Positions 48,032 through 60,605 of a stretch of 64,000 nucleotides of DNA are shown piece by piece. Under the pieces are notes generated by a model. It did no database searches, was not told the origin of the DNA, and was given only the letters and a program-made list of their open reading frames with translations. Within the stretch, counting starts at the first letter, position 1. Each line of letters begins with the position of its first letter. Position numbers and translations under genes: made by a program. This DNA comes from Epiperipatus broadwayi. Lineage: Eukaryota; Animalia; Onychophora. The stretch lies in assembly GCA_028023455.1 (NCBI GenBank), contig JAQFVV010000005.1:22010001-22074000 (forward strand). The letters are read 5' to 3'.

Positions 48032-48127
48032 CTTCCAATGAGTAAGCTTGTGGTTTTAAGACCTGTAGAGGTCCCTACTATTGCATTTTATATGCATGTG
48101 CTTGAGGCTACAGCCTTAATGAATATT
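48032..48127. repeat. Third copy of the 27.7/28.1-kb repeat terminus
   Basis: TAAGCTTGTGGTT....ACCTGTAGAGGTCCCTACTAT.GCATTTTATA.GCAT...GAGG.TA.AGCCT shared with 28044-28120. Confidence 0.85.
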
Positions 48128-51100
48128 ATTAATAGTCCTTTAATAAAAGTTCATTTCATTTAAAATGAAAGGGTCTAGACTGTGATCAGAATATATTTAA
48201 AAGTATCTTTACCTAAGTTTTCATTTGTTTTATTTTTCAACCATTTGGCCTTTTGTTTCTCCATCGATGGCCTCATGGCTTTCCTTCCAGGTTTATGTCG
48301 AATAATGAGAGAGAGAGGATATGCAGCAACTTCTACTTTACAATCTCAGCATTGGTTCCAGGTACTGATTCAGGTGGGATAGTTGATGACTGATGGCTTG
48401 AGGCAAGAAACCCTGACAGACACTCCTATGGCTTATGCAGTCTCTCCATTAATGTTGATCACAACAATAATAACTGGCTTACTACTGCATTTTCAGTTTC
48501 CAAATATTTGGATCTCTGTATATCACAAACCCGACTAAAGAACAATAGCCAAGATGCAATTTTTGTATCTCTCTTTCCTTTGTTCTTTTTTTAATCATCT
48601 TTCATTAATCATAATTTAAATCTATATTTTAAATTAATTTTTACATTTTGTTTTAATCTAATCTTTTGCTTAGATTAATATCTTATTGTTTAGGAATTGT
48701 GCAAACTTAATTGCATTCCAACGCCGATGAGATATTTTCACAAAAGTTTCTTTTATAACAAATTTTATTTTAACCTATTTCCGACGTTCACCAGCTATAG
48801 CCGGTCACGGCTTCAAGTTGCTCGTATACTGGCAATTTTTGTTATCGTAGCAAATTTATGCTCATTTTAAAGCTTAAAAAGTACCATAAGATGCATTTAC
48901 GATAAATTTAAATAGAAACAAATCTTAATTTCACTTGATCGTAAAAGGTTGTTTTAAAAAAAAAAAAAAAAAAAAGCTTCGTTCACAAACAAAATCAATT
49001 TTAATGCTCAATTTTCATTCAAATATTATGCAGACTGCAATGTTGTTTTTGATTCTCATGTAAATTAAAATTGGAATAATTATCAAACAGATTCCAATAC
49101 TAAGAAGTTAAAAATAATATATATATAAAATATTTAATAAATGCTTTTATTTACTGTATACTAAAAAGTTAATAATTGTTTTTTTTTAACCACAAGATTT
49201 TTATATTTAACTTTGAAATAAAAGTATAAGTAGAAATTAATTAATTCAATCACTAATTTTTACAATTAGTAATTGAATTAATTAATTTCTGGACACTTCA
49301 CACTTTTATGTCAAGTTAATTCTTTTGCACATGGCTAGATTTAATCATTCTCCTAGTGAGGCTTTTTGTAAGCTTTCAACTTTTGATGTTAGTATTAAAC
49401 TAGTGTTCTATATTAAAATTCAATGAATTTAACTTGATTTTGTAGTAATATATATTTTCAAATAATAATAAAAATCTAAAAATTCATATTTGAATTTTAC
49501 AAATGTTTGAAAAAATGATTTCATAAGTGATAACAAAAGATACCTACATCATTCAACACTTGACAGAACTGAGTAATTTTAAAACTTGAACAAAATCTTT
49601 TTTAAATGAAGTTCATATTCAAAATGTGAATGGAAAAATACTAATTATTGGTAAATCTTCCAAATTCTGCTTCAAAATATTAATATTGTTTCCTAGTTTT
49701 TAAAATATCTCAAATTATTTTAAATCATTTCATAATATTGGCAAAATGCTGTGACTTTCTTTGTTAATGATATATTAGAAGTTATTACATTCTATATTAA
49801 AAATAAAACGTATACATATAAAATAAAAGTATAATAATGTATACTTTTGATTTTTAATAATATTGCATTAAAATAATCATAAATTTTAATAAACTTTCTA
49901 AAAAAATAACATTTTTATTACTCCAAAAATATTCTTGAAATAATCTCACAAATAGTCATAAGCGTTCATAACAAAAAAGAAAAAAGAAGTTAATCCAAGA
50001 CAAAAAGGTAATGCTAAAACTGTTTTTATTTTACTGCTATTTGATCATGTTGACTTTATTTGATTTGTTCAAAAATTAAAACATCAATATATTAAAAGTA
50101 CGTGAAAATAAGAATTTAAAAAAATAGCAAAATATCTCAATTGATGACCAATGCAAGGCAATTTGTAATTTTTCTGGATTTCTCTGCATAAAGACCTTTG
50201 GTCTAATGACTACATAAGTTAAATATAAAAACCTCAATTGTTGTCAAGAGTAGTGCGTAGTAAATAAGTGTTTATTATAAAATATATGTATACAAATAAA
50301 ACGTCTGTTAAAACCTTAAACCCTTAAAGAATTAACCAAAAGTACTTCTGTGGATTGAAAGACTGAATATAATAGTTAATTACCATTATATTTATTATTT
50401 TTATTAATATATATATTATAATATTTTATTTTACAATCAGTTTCAAATTATTCATAATCTTCATCAGGATTTTACTAAATTTGTTAGAATATATATATAT
50501 AAACATTATATTTAGGGTCATCAAATTGGATTTTTTTAGTTTTTTAATTTTTTCAAATAATAATAAAACAATATGCAAAAAGAATTAAAAAGGTTTAATG
50601 TTTTTTCTTAATAAAATATCACATGATTTTTTCATATGCTTACTTATATGCTTTCAAAAGCAATTCTCTCCAACTATAGGGTTATCTATTGTAAGCTTGA
50701 GTGATCAACTGACAAATTGATTTTATGATTTTGCCTATGTCACTGCAGACTATGTTCAAAGCTAGAATTAATGCATTTATGCATATAACAACCATATTTT
50801 AGTTCTTTATATTATTCAAATTAATAAGCTAAAATTCAAGAATTATTAAAGTTTTAAATCTAAGCTCAATTCTTTGCATAGTTGTATAGATCTGATATCA
50901 TATCATTTTCTATATATTTTAGAAACCTCAGTTTATTTTTTTTAATTTGGGATCAAAATCTTAGGGCAGTGGTTCCAACCCTGAAGTACCCATATCTCCA
51001 TGGGTTACAGGAAGCTTGTTCAGAGGGTACAGGGAATAGCAAGTAAATAAATATATTATGCTATTAATATATTTCAAAAATAGTTATGTTATCAACATTT

Positions 51101-51494
51101 CCAGATTATTCTATGTTGATACTCTTAGCTACACCAGCAACATTTCAGGTCTCTTTTTAGACATGGACACAGTGAAGTTGCACAGACTTATTTCTTACTG
51201 CAGGATCTGGTAATTCAAAATGTCCAATTAAGATTCAAGATACCTAGTGAAATTGCTAGATCAGCAACCTTTGCAGCCTACCTCCATGGTATCTGCACTT
51301 CTTGTGCTTGCATGTGATGTACTGCCTGGAACACTCTCCAACTGCTTATTTTTTATTATAATGAAGGTGGGTACTGGATTATTTACTAAAAGTCAAGAGA
51401 ATATGAGAACCAAAAAGATTGTAAATCCCTGCCTTAGGATTTTTTTAAAACTTTCAAATTATTGCAAAATAAAGAAATAAAAAATAATTGTTAG

Positions 51495-51620
51495 ATGCAT
51501 AAATGCATTACTTCCAACTTTGAATCATCATTTTCATTGATGAAGACAAAAGCCAGAAATCCATCTGGAGATAGAGATAACGTAGAATTATACCATCTGG
51601 TGTCCATTCATTATTCAAGC
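51495..51620 (+). mobile_element. Family D repeat with decayed HHR (51534-51568)
   Basis: ATGCATTACTTCCAACTTTGAATC...TCA-TTGATGA-A-GAC-AAAA-GCC-A-GAAA-TCCATC-TGG...ATCTGGTGTC, shared with the 1.75-1.87-kb (-) and 23.1-kb copies. Confidence 0.6.
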
Positions 51621-52039
51621 TTACAATAAATTGCTTTACAACAGATTGAAAGGAAGAACTCATGGAATATGAACATTAAATCTTCCATCTCCTACATATT
51701 TTTTATACATGTCCTGTTTATTCTAATAATATATCTTGTCCCTTTTAGTTTCCTAAATTCAAACTGCTTGTCCAATAATATAAATCTTCAAAAAATACAT
51801 CTACTCAAGCTTTAACAACATATGAAACTAATTCTATTAATTTAATTTATTTTACTGCATTGACTATTTTTTTTAATGGAACAAAAATGTTAAAAAAATA
51901 TATTGGCCACTCTTCTGAAACTTAAATGTCATTTGTGATGTGAGGTGATGTATTATAGCTTATCCTTAAATGAAGTCAAGAATATCTCAGAAATTATGCC
52001 CAGATAAATCTGTTAGCCACTTTATTTTACATTCCCCAC

Positions 52040-53870
52040 TCTAAATTTACCCATAATCTGCTCTATCCCATTTCCACAACATAATCTTTGTCAACTCTAT
52101 AACCTTTATATCTAAATCCCCCTTATCTTTTCCCAAACCCAGCCTAAAAACCAATAATTCACTTTCTGTATAATCACTCTTTTCATATTTATTTTTCCAC
52201 AACTTCATTATGTGTACCCTTTCTGTTTTCAAACATTTACATTTAATTAACAAATGCCTAATATCTTCTATTCCTTCCTTACATAATTTACAAAAGAAAT
52301 CACCCATATTTTTCCATTTACATGTATATTCTTTTGTAGCTAAAGATCCCGTTCGAGCCTTAAACCATAAACTACTTTCCTTACTATTATCATATATTAA
52401 CTCACACCTAATATTCTGTTTATTTCTATATATATTTAAACTCTTTTTATTCTCCATACTATTTTTCCATCTCTCTAATTCCCTAGTCTTTATTAATAAA
52501 TTTATTCTTTTATCCCATTCCTTACTACTATAACACTCAATAATCCTCTTAACACAATCATCTCATCTTTTGTACAAATATACTGATATAAATTCTTTAT
52601 CCAAATCTTTTGCATACCGCATTACCTTTCTCACCCATCTTGTTACCTACCCTTTACTCATAACCCAATTAAATACTATTTTAGCTATTCTTTTATTATC
52701 CATAAACTGGAATGTACCAAAAATTTTCATTTTACTTTTTGCATCTCTCATATAAAAACTTGACCATCCCATTTCTCCTTGAATTGCTTACCTTGCTGTC
52801 CATACTTCTGCATCCAATGCATGTCTTCCTACTTCCCTTTGAGCTTTTTCTAAGTAATCTATCTTTTTACTAACGTATAATGCATCATTACCATATGTTA
52901 ACCCTCCTACTGCAACTCCTTTCCATATAATTCTAGCTACATCATATTTATTATATGAAAACACTGTTAATTTCTTTATCAATCCCTTTCTTTTCTTTGC
53001 TTCATTTATCAATTCTTTCTCCCATTCATCCAAATAATTTTTCTGATTACTTAAAATAATTTCTAAATAACTATATCTATTCACCACACTTAACTTAATA
53101 TCTCCCAATAAAAATTCTACATCTTCTCTTTCCCCAGAATTAACCATTATTATATTTGATTTTTCTTCACTAAATTTAATCCCCATCTCTTTAGCCACCC
53201 TTGCACATGTCCTCAACATAACTTCCATATCTTCTCTTTTTTCTGCACACAAAAATATATCATCCGCAAAAAAAAAAGACCTGACAAAATATATACTCTC
53301 TTACTACTTATTAATGGTATCTCTATCCCTCTTCCTAATCTTTCTATTGCTCATTCCATTTCACTCAAATACAACAGAAACAAAATAGATGACATAGGGC
53401 ATCCTTGCCTTAGTCCCACACCATTTTTAACTTTAATTGATTCTATATTCCCTAATTGATATATATAATAATTATTTTCATATAATTTCTTAATAATATC
53501 TATTAAAACTTCATCCATTCCCAAATTTTCTAAACTTATCCATCTATTTCTATTTACTCTATCATATGCCTTCTCTATATCTATAAAACTCATATATAAC
53601 CATTTACCTGCATTCCTACTCATATCCATAAGTTGTGTAACTACTAATAAACTATCTCCTATATCCCTATCTAATCTAAAACCTCCTTGCAATTCCCCCA
53701 CTACATTATTCCCTTCCATCCATTTTACAACTTTACTAGCCACCATATATGAGAAAACATTATATAAAACTGATGTTACCACTATCGGTCTATAATTATT
53801 CAACTTTCTATGATCCTTTCCTTTAAATAATAACCTTACTCTTGCATTACTCCAACTACTTGGGAAAACT
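52040..53870 (-). mobile_element. Non-LTR retrotransposon, RT + C-terminal CCHC knuckle, 5'-truncated (clade not assigned)
   Basis: ORFs 53351-53803 (NYRPIVVTS, QGGFR, FIDIEKAYDRV, GLRQGCPMS), FFADD near 53265, 52788-53252 (YSYL, IWKGVAVGGLTYG) and 52047-52457 (FKARTGSL..CKLCKEGIEDIRHLLIKC). Confidence 0.93.
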
Positions 53871-53979
53871 ATTATGAATGAGAGTGCTGAAGTGCCCTCT
53901 ATTAGCTCATTATATAAGTAAGATATAAGTTGTTATATAAAAGCCAAATTTTGAATTGGAAACTATGATAATACAGGCT

Positions 53980-54019
53980 CACAGGATCAGTTTCGAGGAA
54001 ATGCTCTTCATCAGCTGTG
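53980..54019 (-). ncRNA. Type I hammerhead with an extra A after A9
   Basis: CACAG-CTGATGA-A-GAG-CATTTC-CTC-GAAA-CTGAT-C-CTGTG. 5-bp stem I, intact cores, AUC site, imperfect stem III. Confidence 0.75.
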
Positions 54020-54049
54020 CTAAGGCTTAACATTATAAATTTATAAACA

Positions 54050-54420
54050 TCAAGTAAATCATTCAGATCAATTGCTCATATATTTTAGCAATTCAACTCA
54101 TATCCTATCAATGTTTCTAGAATTTTGTTATCCTTCATTTCATCCATTGGTGATACATTTACAATTTCTTTATTATTTTATAGTCTATTTATCTTTATTA
54201 ATCTGGTTTTCTTCCATTGTTAACATAATAGAAGTTTGTTATATCTTTCATACAAATCACACATTTTTATATTTTCTGTATATCCTCTGTTTTTATTAAA
54301 ATCCTACATTATTTTTTCAATAAGTATTTCATTCCTATTTTATTTTATAACATACAGAATCAAATTCACCTCTTCCTTGTAATTGGTCTCTAAAATTCCC
54401 TTTATAAATGCTGATAGAAT
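54050..54420 (-). mobile_element. Possible PLE 3' coding relic upstream of the 53980 HHR
   Basis: Purine-rich minus strand ending KILETLIGYELNC*, resembling the PLE-type C-terminus I..L.T..P.GLN; otherwise full of stops. Confidence 0.3.
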
Positions 54421-54837
54421 TAAATAAGTGTGATCAAAATACTATAGTATATACATGCTCACACCCATTCATACACAATAACTAATCTAGAATTAAGTTA
54501 TGGAATAGCTTTAGTGATCGGGAGTTCAAAAAGTTCGAGCGCTGAAGTGCTAGAACTGGAATCAATTTGAGAACCTTATGCTTTAGAGTCTGACATTGAA
54601 CAACTGCACTAAATCACGTAAGACAACTTACTTAGTCAGGACATTTTAAAGAGTATAACTTTTTTATCTATGCCGGTCGTCGTTTATAAATATTAAACTA
54701 CAATATATTCAACCTTAAAATAATTTTCAAATTAATTTAAATAACAATTTTAATTAATTTATTTTTTAAAAAAAGGAATATAAGTATAAACAATATCATA
54801 AGTATTTATATTTTGTTTATGTATATCTATATATTAT

Positions 54838-55023
54838 AGGGAATTTGAACTCGAATTTTCAAGCTCCCTTTATCTATCCAATCTATCTTATACAACTGAT
54901 ACGCATAACCACATACATGTGAAAAAGATAAATGATCACATGTATGTATGTGGTTATGTGTATCAATTGTATAAAATAAAAGGAATAGATATAGTTAGCT
55001 TGAAAATTCAACTTCAAGTCCCT
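54838..55023. repeat. Short family B-related fold-back (HHR not included)
   Basis: AGGGAATTTGAACTCGAATTTTCAAGCT...TATACAACTGATACGCATAACCACATACAT pairs with ATGTATGTGGTTATGTGTATCAATTGTATA...AGCTTGAAAATTCAACTTCAAGTCCCT. Confidence 0.8.
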
Positions 55024-57767
55024 CGGTAATTACATTAAGTTTAGTATAGACATTATATATATACGCACACTCCTATATTTTTTTTTATTTATAAAAACAA
55101 GTTAACTTGCGAAATCTTTGTGCTTTTGGGCAAAAAAAAAAAAGGTTTTTATATACAAAGATTCTTATGTTTGTAATATTGATTATTAATAATAATAAAA
55201 ATATTTTATTTGGATTTTTTAATTATTTTAATATATAATGTTTGGTTAAGTGTTATCAAATGTAGTACTTAAAAGTAAAGATGTATTTGGGTGTTTTTTT
55301 AAGTATTTCATTAATCGAGTATTTAACTTGTGCAATTAGTACTGGAAAGGCAAATACCTTTCTAAATATATTAACGGAATTGGCAAGCCTTCAATTGCAT
55401 ATTATTTTAGCCTTCTGGCTTATTTCTTTTATTTAATGGTCACACCCTTTGCTAGATATTAAATATAAGAATGAAACGCACTTTTATAACATTTTGATTA
55501 AATATATGTTTAGTTTCATAATTTCTAACTGATAAATGTCTTAAAAAAATAAATCAATGTGTCTATGAAACTGGCAAGTTTGAGTTCGAATTTATCTTGA
55601 GAAATCTGACAATTATCTTTAATCTTTTTTTTTCTTCTTTTACGAACCATTTATTGAATCATAATAATGGACGAAAGCTATATTGATTAAAAGAAGATGT
55701 CGGGGAAACTGCATGATTAAAGATGTGCTTCTAAAGATACTTTTCTCTTCAGTGATAAAAGCTGCCTTATAGTCAGCATATCAATGTAAGATTTATGTAG
55801 ATTTAAAAATAATTAATACCATTTATCAACTAAAACATGATGCTTAACGGAGCTGGTATGAAACTGCTACCTGAAAAAGTTCTAAGCTATCCAAAAAATA
55901 AAAATACTTTTCATTTTAAATTAATCATTTAAAAGTTAATTAATTTTGCTAGATTTTGATTCAATGATCCTGTCTGCCAGATAGGTATGGTAATCTTCCA
56001 TACTGAATTAATCTACTAGCAAGTTGCATTTGTTATGAGATTCCACATTGTCGAGTTCCCTTTCTCATTCACTGAGTGAATGTTTGCAGCCTGTTTGAAA
56101 AAATGAGCATCTCATTAATTTCTTAATCTGGAAATACTGTTATTTACATATTTTATGGTATATGTATTGCAGATTCTACATGCATGCAGGCATATATTTG
56201 TTTTTTGCTATATCACATGTGTGTGGTATCTTTTTGCTATTTCTTATGTTATTAAGACACTGAAGAATGTATTTTTGTGCTACTGAAGAGAGAATGCCAT
56301 TACAACGAGCTTGCAACAATAGATGAGTTATTTCAGATCTAAATACAATCAAATATCCTTGTTGTATGTCATATATAAATCTCCCCTTTGGGGAGGAAGG
56401 GCATAAATGTAATGATGCTTTTTCTCAAATATATGCATTTTTAATTGAAGTTTATACATGCTATATAATACATGCTAAAGGCTCCACCTAGTTTATTGCA
56501 AGTCTCTAATCACTAAATGGTTAGTTGGTATTTGAGAGCTAGAACAAATAAAAATCTACAATAATTCATCATCTTTGAAGTTTTTTGTAAATCTAGCTAT
56601 TTGCTATAAAATGACTATTCAATACAGTTTTAAATTATTATAAAAATAATCTACTCCCCCCCCCCCAATTTTCCTTTTTTTTTTTTTAATGGTTATACAA
56701 TGTTTAATAGACAACAGTAGCAGCTATTCATTATATATATAAGTAATAAACACTTTTTTTCTGTGCAACTAAGAGCTTGATAATAGCATACATTTAAGAC
56801 ATTTTTTTTTCTTCTATTAATTCTATAATGGCTGTGTTTTTTTAGGCCTTGATCTTCCAAAGGTAATCACTTAACTACTGCTGCAAACTTTGCATGACAA
56901 AATTCTATAACTGATTGCCTTTGTTTTTGGCTTCAGTGGGAATCGAAACACAAACTTTTGATTTGCTCAAATTACATAGTAAATAATGAAAAACTTAAAA
57001 CAACTATATATTTTGTTTATTATTATTATTAATTATCTTTATTCTCTGAGAATACTTTGAAGAACTATAAAATTATGGTTTGAAAAATATCAGAAATAAT
57101 TTTCAAGATTACTTTTTCGTGTGATCTTGCATATGATCATATTAATACTACTTTCTGATTGATTTTATATTATTGTTGTTTTATATTAATATTTTTTATG
57201 ATTTTATCTTGATCTTTTTTTGTTGCAAGACCCTTCTTCAAACAACTTCGTTTTAACCAAAGTATTTACCAATGTATGTATCACTTCTTCTTTCATTTTA
57301 CTCATGAACCAGTTCTTATATATTGTTTAAATAAAAATAATATTATTTATAAATAAAATAATTTCAAATGACATGCCATCATAACAATTTCAATAATACA
57401 TCACATGATCTTTGCTTACACATGTGATGTTTATTAGCAAATTGCTAGTGAGCAGCTATATCTGTAAGCTTAGATCATGTCATGTTTTATTGATCGTGTG
57501 ATATATTATTGGTTTTGTACTAATCAGGGCAAAGAATAAAGATGACAAAAGTTTTAAAAAACTAAGGTCACCAGAATGTATAGAAATTAAACCAGTTTCA
57601 GATCTATATAACTATGCAAGTAAATAGGTTTGGTTTAAAAAAATCAAAAAGTTTTCAGTCTGAGTCCATACCTTGATAGCATAACAAAAGTGAAAAATAG
57701 CTGCTAAAGGAAAGATGGATTAGATCTAAAAAGTCCAGGTGCTTTATTTCAAAAAATCCCAAAGTTA

Positions 57768-57805
57768 GTCACTGATAAAATCCACAAGCTAGAAACTGAT
57801 CTGAT
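57768..57805 (+). ncRNA. Decayed family A/D-type hammerhead
   Basis: GTCA-CTGATAA-A-ATC-CACAA-GCT-A-GAAA-CTGAT-C-TGAT; G8A and a broken stem II. Confidence 0.55.
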
Positions 57806-58479
57806 GATATTTGGCTAGCACAGCAGTAGATAAGAATTTAGAAAGCAGTACCATCTGACATCTCTTGATTGCTGAAGTTAACACTGGCATGAAAAAACAG
57901 TAAGGAAAATAAAAGCATTGCTAATCAAACGATTGGTCAGACTTACTAGAGTCACCTTAATAAACTTGCTCATTTTCTCACATCTATGCTAATTTATTAG
58001 ACAATATATTATCAATGCTATGGATTTAAGAGCCATTGATTATTAAAATCTTATTCACATCTTGATTGTTATTTAAAATTGTAAGTATAAAAAACATTTT
58101 TTGTCAAACTAATAAATACTGATATGAGAAAATGGGTATTCTTTACAAATTTGTTAAAATGACTTTCCTTAATCTGATTTGTGAATTATTATGGTATGCT
58201 CATTTGGAGTTAAGTTCTCCATTAATAATATTGTACTTCTGAGCATTACATATTCAATAGGAATAGTTTATATTTGGATTTATTAAAATTATTAGAATTG
58301 CAATATAACATATGTGCATTTACTTCTTTAAACACACTAAGAATATCTTTAGTCAAAGACATACAATAATTTCTAACTTTAAAAATGAATATTAGTGTTT
58401 AATAGTAAAGTTGTTTAAAGATACTAATTATCTAGGATTGAAGTGATGCTTGTAAATTGAATCAATATAATTATCTTTT

Positions 58480-59130
58480 TTCTTCAAGGATATTGACAAC
58501 TGAATGAATTCTGATTCAAAAGACTTTTGTATTTTCCTCTTCCATATCTGTCTATTTAAAATATTCATTTCTGGTAGACCATTTCTCCTATACTGGTCAT
58601 CGATTGTCTTTCCCATCATTACTTGGTTTTTCTTTTTATTTATTTCTCTATAGTCTTCCAATATGTCCATGCCATCTTAATCTCTTTTCTTAAAATAATT
58701 CCTATTACATTTTTGAAATTCCAATTCTCTGATCTCTTGATTTGTTCTTATCTCCAATTTTGATCTTCTCACTGATTTTCTCCAGTAATCTATTTCTGTT
58801 GCTAACAATCTATATTCACCTTCCTTTGTTATTGTCCATGTCTTTACCTCATACCCTAATACTCTTTATTAAAGTACCACATACAAATCTTTTTGTTTAA
58901 TCAATACTTCATAAAATTGAGTTGATTATTCCTATTGCCTGCCTCTTTTTACCAATTCATCTTTATATATCTCTTTTGATGATGTGATTATTTTATTGGT
59001 TGATCTTTAATATTAGAAACTATCCACTTTCAAGATTTTGTTCCTGCCCATAATCAATGCATCATTTTATTTCTTTCTAAAATTAATAATTACTTCATAC
59101 TTGATATATTTCTCCATAAGTTTTTATATA
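58480..59130 (-). mobile_element. RTE/RTE-X-like LINE 3' relic
   Basis: Minus strand ..RVLGYEVKTWTITKEGEYRLLATEIDYWRKSVRRSKLEIRTNQEIR.., matching the YGxETWT...EMxxWR region. Confidence 0.7.
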
Positions 59131-59624
59131 TATTCAATCAATAATTATCATTAGATTAATAAAACAATTGGAGATGGGATGTGGGGATGACTTAGGTTAG
59201 CTAATAAGATATGATTAGTGTTGAAATGTGAGGGTCATTTCCATTTTTCCTTTGAATTTAACTGTATGCTAAAAAAAAGTAACATTAATGTGTTTTATAT
59301 TATTTAAATACTAGATCCTTTGGTGTCAATGCTGCTTGTTAAATGTAGAACATTCATCTTGGAATAGTTATTTTTATGAAATATAAATTAAACTCCTTAA
59401 TTACAATACTGCAATAATTTTATACATCACTATAAATGATTCTTGTACGAAACAAAAATTTCAAAAATACTTATTACAGTCTTTAAATTAAGGACCCAAT
59501 GATTGTAAATAGAAAAATGAGACAGGAAATACTTGAATGTACACATTTTTTGATGCTATTTATTGTTATTTTAATTATATATAAAAATTAAGTATGTGAA
59601 ATGAGTAATACATTAAAAAGTGTT

Positions 59625-60159
59625 ATAAACTAAAGATTAGCCTTTCAAGCTAATGTACGTGCGCTTTTTACGAATGTTAATAATAATAAATGAATACTTT
59701 CATTTCCAACAGAAGATAAAGTTTTTGCAAACGAATAAATGAATCCACTTATTCATTCAACCCAAATGCTTATATATGGGCAAATCTTAAGTACTGGATA
59801 TGAAAGCATGAGGATAAATCAATCACTTTAAATTACTGTTTACTATGTCTGAATGAATGACGTCAACGAAATTAGTTTCATTTAAGAGTGAAGTTTTGTA
59901 AATTCTAGATAATTTCGTTGATGTCATTCATTCAGACATAGTAAACAGTAATTTAAAGTGATTGATTTATCCTCACACTTTCATATCCAGTACTTAAGAT
60001 TTGCCCATATATAAGCATTTGAATTGAATGAATAAGTGGATTCATTTATTCGTTCCCAAAGACTTTATCTTGTGTTGGAAATGAAAGTATTCATTTATTA
60101 TTATTAACATTTGTAAAAAGCGCATGTACGTTAACTTGAAAGGCTAATCTTTAGTTTAT
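59625..60159. mobile_element. 535-bp fold-back element with ~250-bp arms
   Basis: Arms 59625-59874 / 59910-60159 with a 35-bp spacer; 18-bp direct repeat TAAAAAGTGTT(A/G)TAAACT at 59614-59631 and 60160-60177. Confidence 0.92.
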
Positions 60160-60220
60160 TAAAAAGTGTTGTAAACTGAAAACACATAAATTATAAAAGC
60201 AGTCTCATTTTTTGATGTGA

Positions 60221-60605
60221 ATCATCATCATCATCATTTTAATAATTATAAGCCCACTGCAGATGAATTCTCTCCAAATTTAATAAAAAAAATTCTATCC
60301 ATAACTTCTCTTTTCTCCATGTCACATTAACAAATTTCCTTATTTCATCCATCTCACATTGGCCTCTTTCGAAATCTTTAAAAATTTATTGGGATTTAAT
60401 CTAAGGCTTCAAATATTCATCTACTATCATCTCTTCTATGAATATATCCTGCTCTGCTTCATTTCAGTCTCTTATTTTTTCAATGATGTCAGTCATACCT
60501 GTTTATTCTCCCACCATATATTTCACTTTTGCTCCTTTGTTGCTCCTAATATACATATTTCCATACTTTTTGGATAATCTGAAGTCTCTGTATTACTCTT
60601 CTAAA
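60221..60605 (-). mobile_element. RTE LINE 3' fragment (diverged)
   Basis: (ATC)n tail, CCCACTGCAGATGAA, CATCTCACATTGGCCTCTTTC, TCATCTCTTCT. Confidence 0.85.

Noticed and set aside
48770-51450. piggyBac-like (TTAACCTATTTCCGACG) and hAT-like (CAGTGGTTCCAACC, CAGGGATTTACAATCTTTTTGG) termini
   Set aside because: Matching partner termini and TSDs could not be established, so no element was called.
56020-56095. Minus-strand ANIHSVNEKGNST, ankyrin-like
   Set aside because: Too short, lacks the TPLH motif and hits a stop after 24 codons.
56846-56862. Possible 17-nt microexon (TTTTTTTAG|GCCTTGATCTTCCAAAG|GTAATC)
   Set aside because: Such matches arise by chance in 64 kb; no linked exons identified.
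59845-59880. CTGAATGA...GAAA near the centre of the 535-bp palindrome as an HHR
   Set aside because: Core spacing is wrong and no stem I can form.
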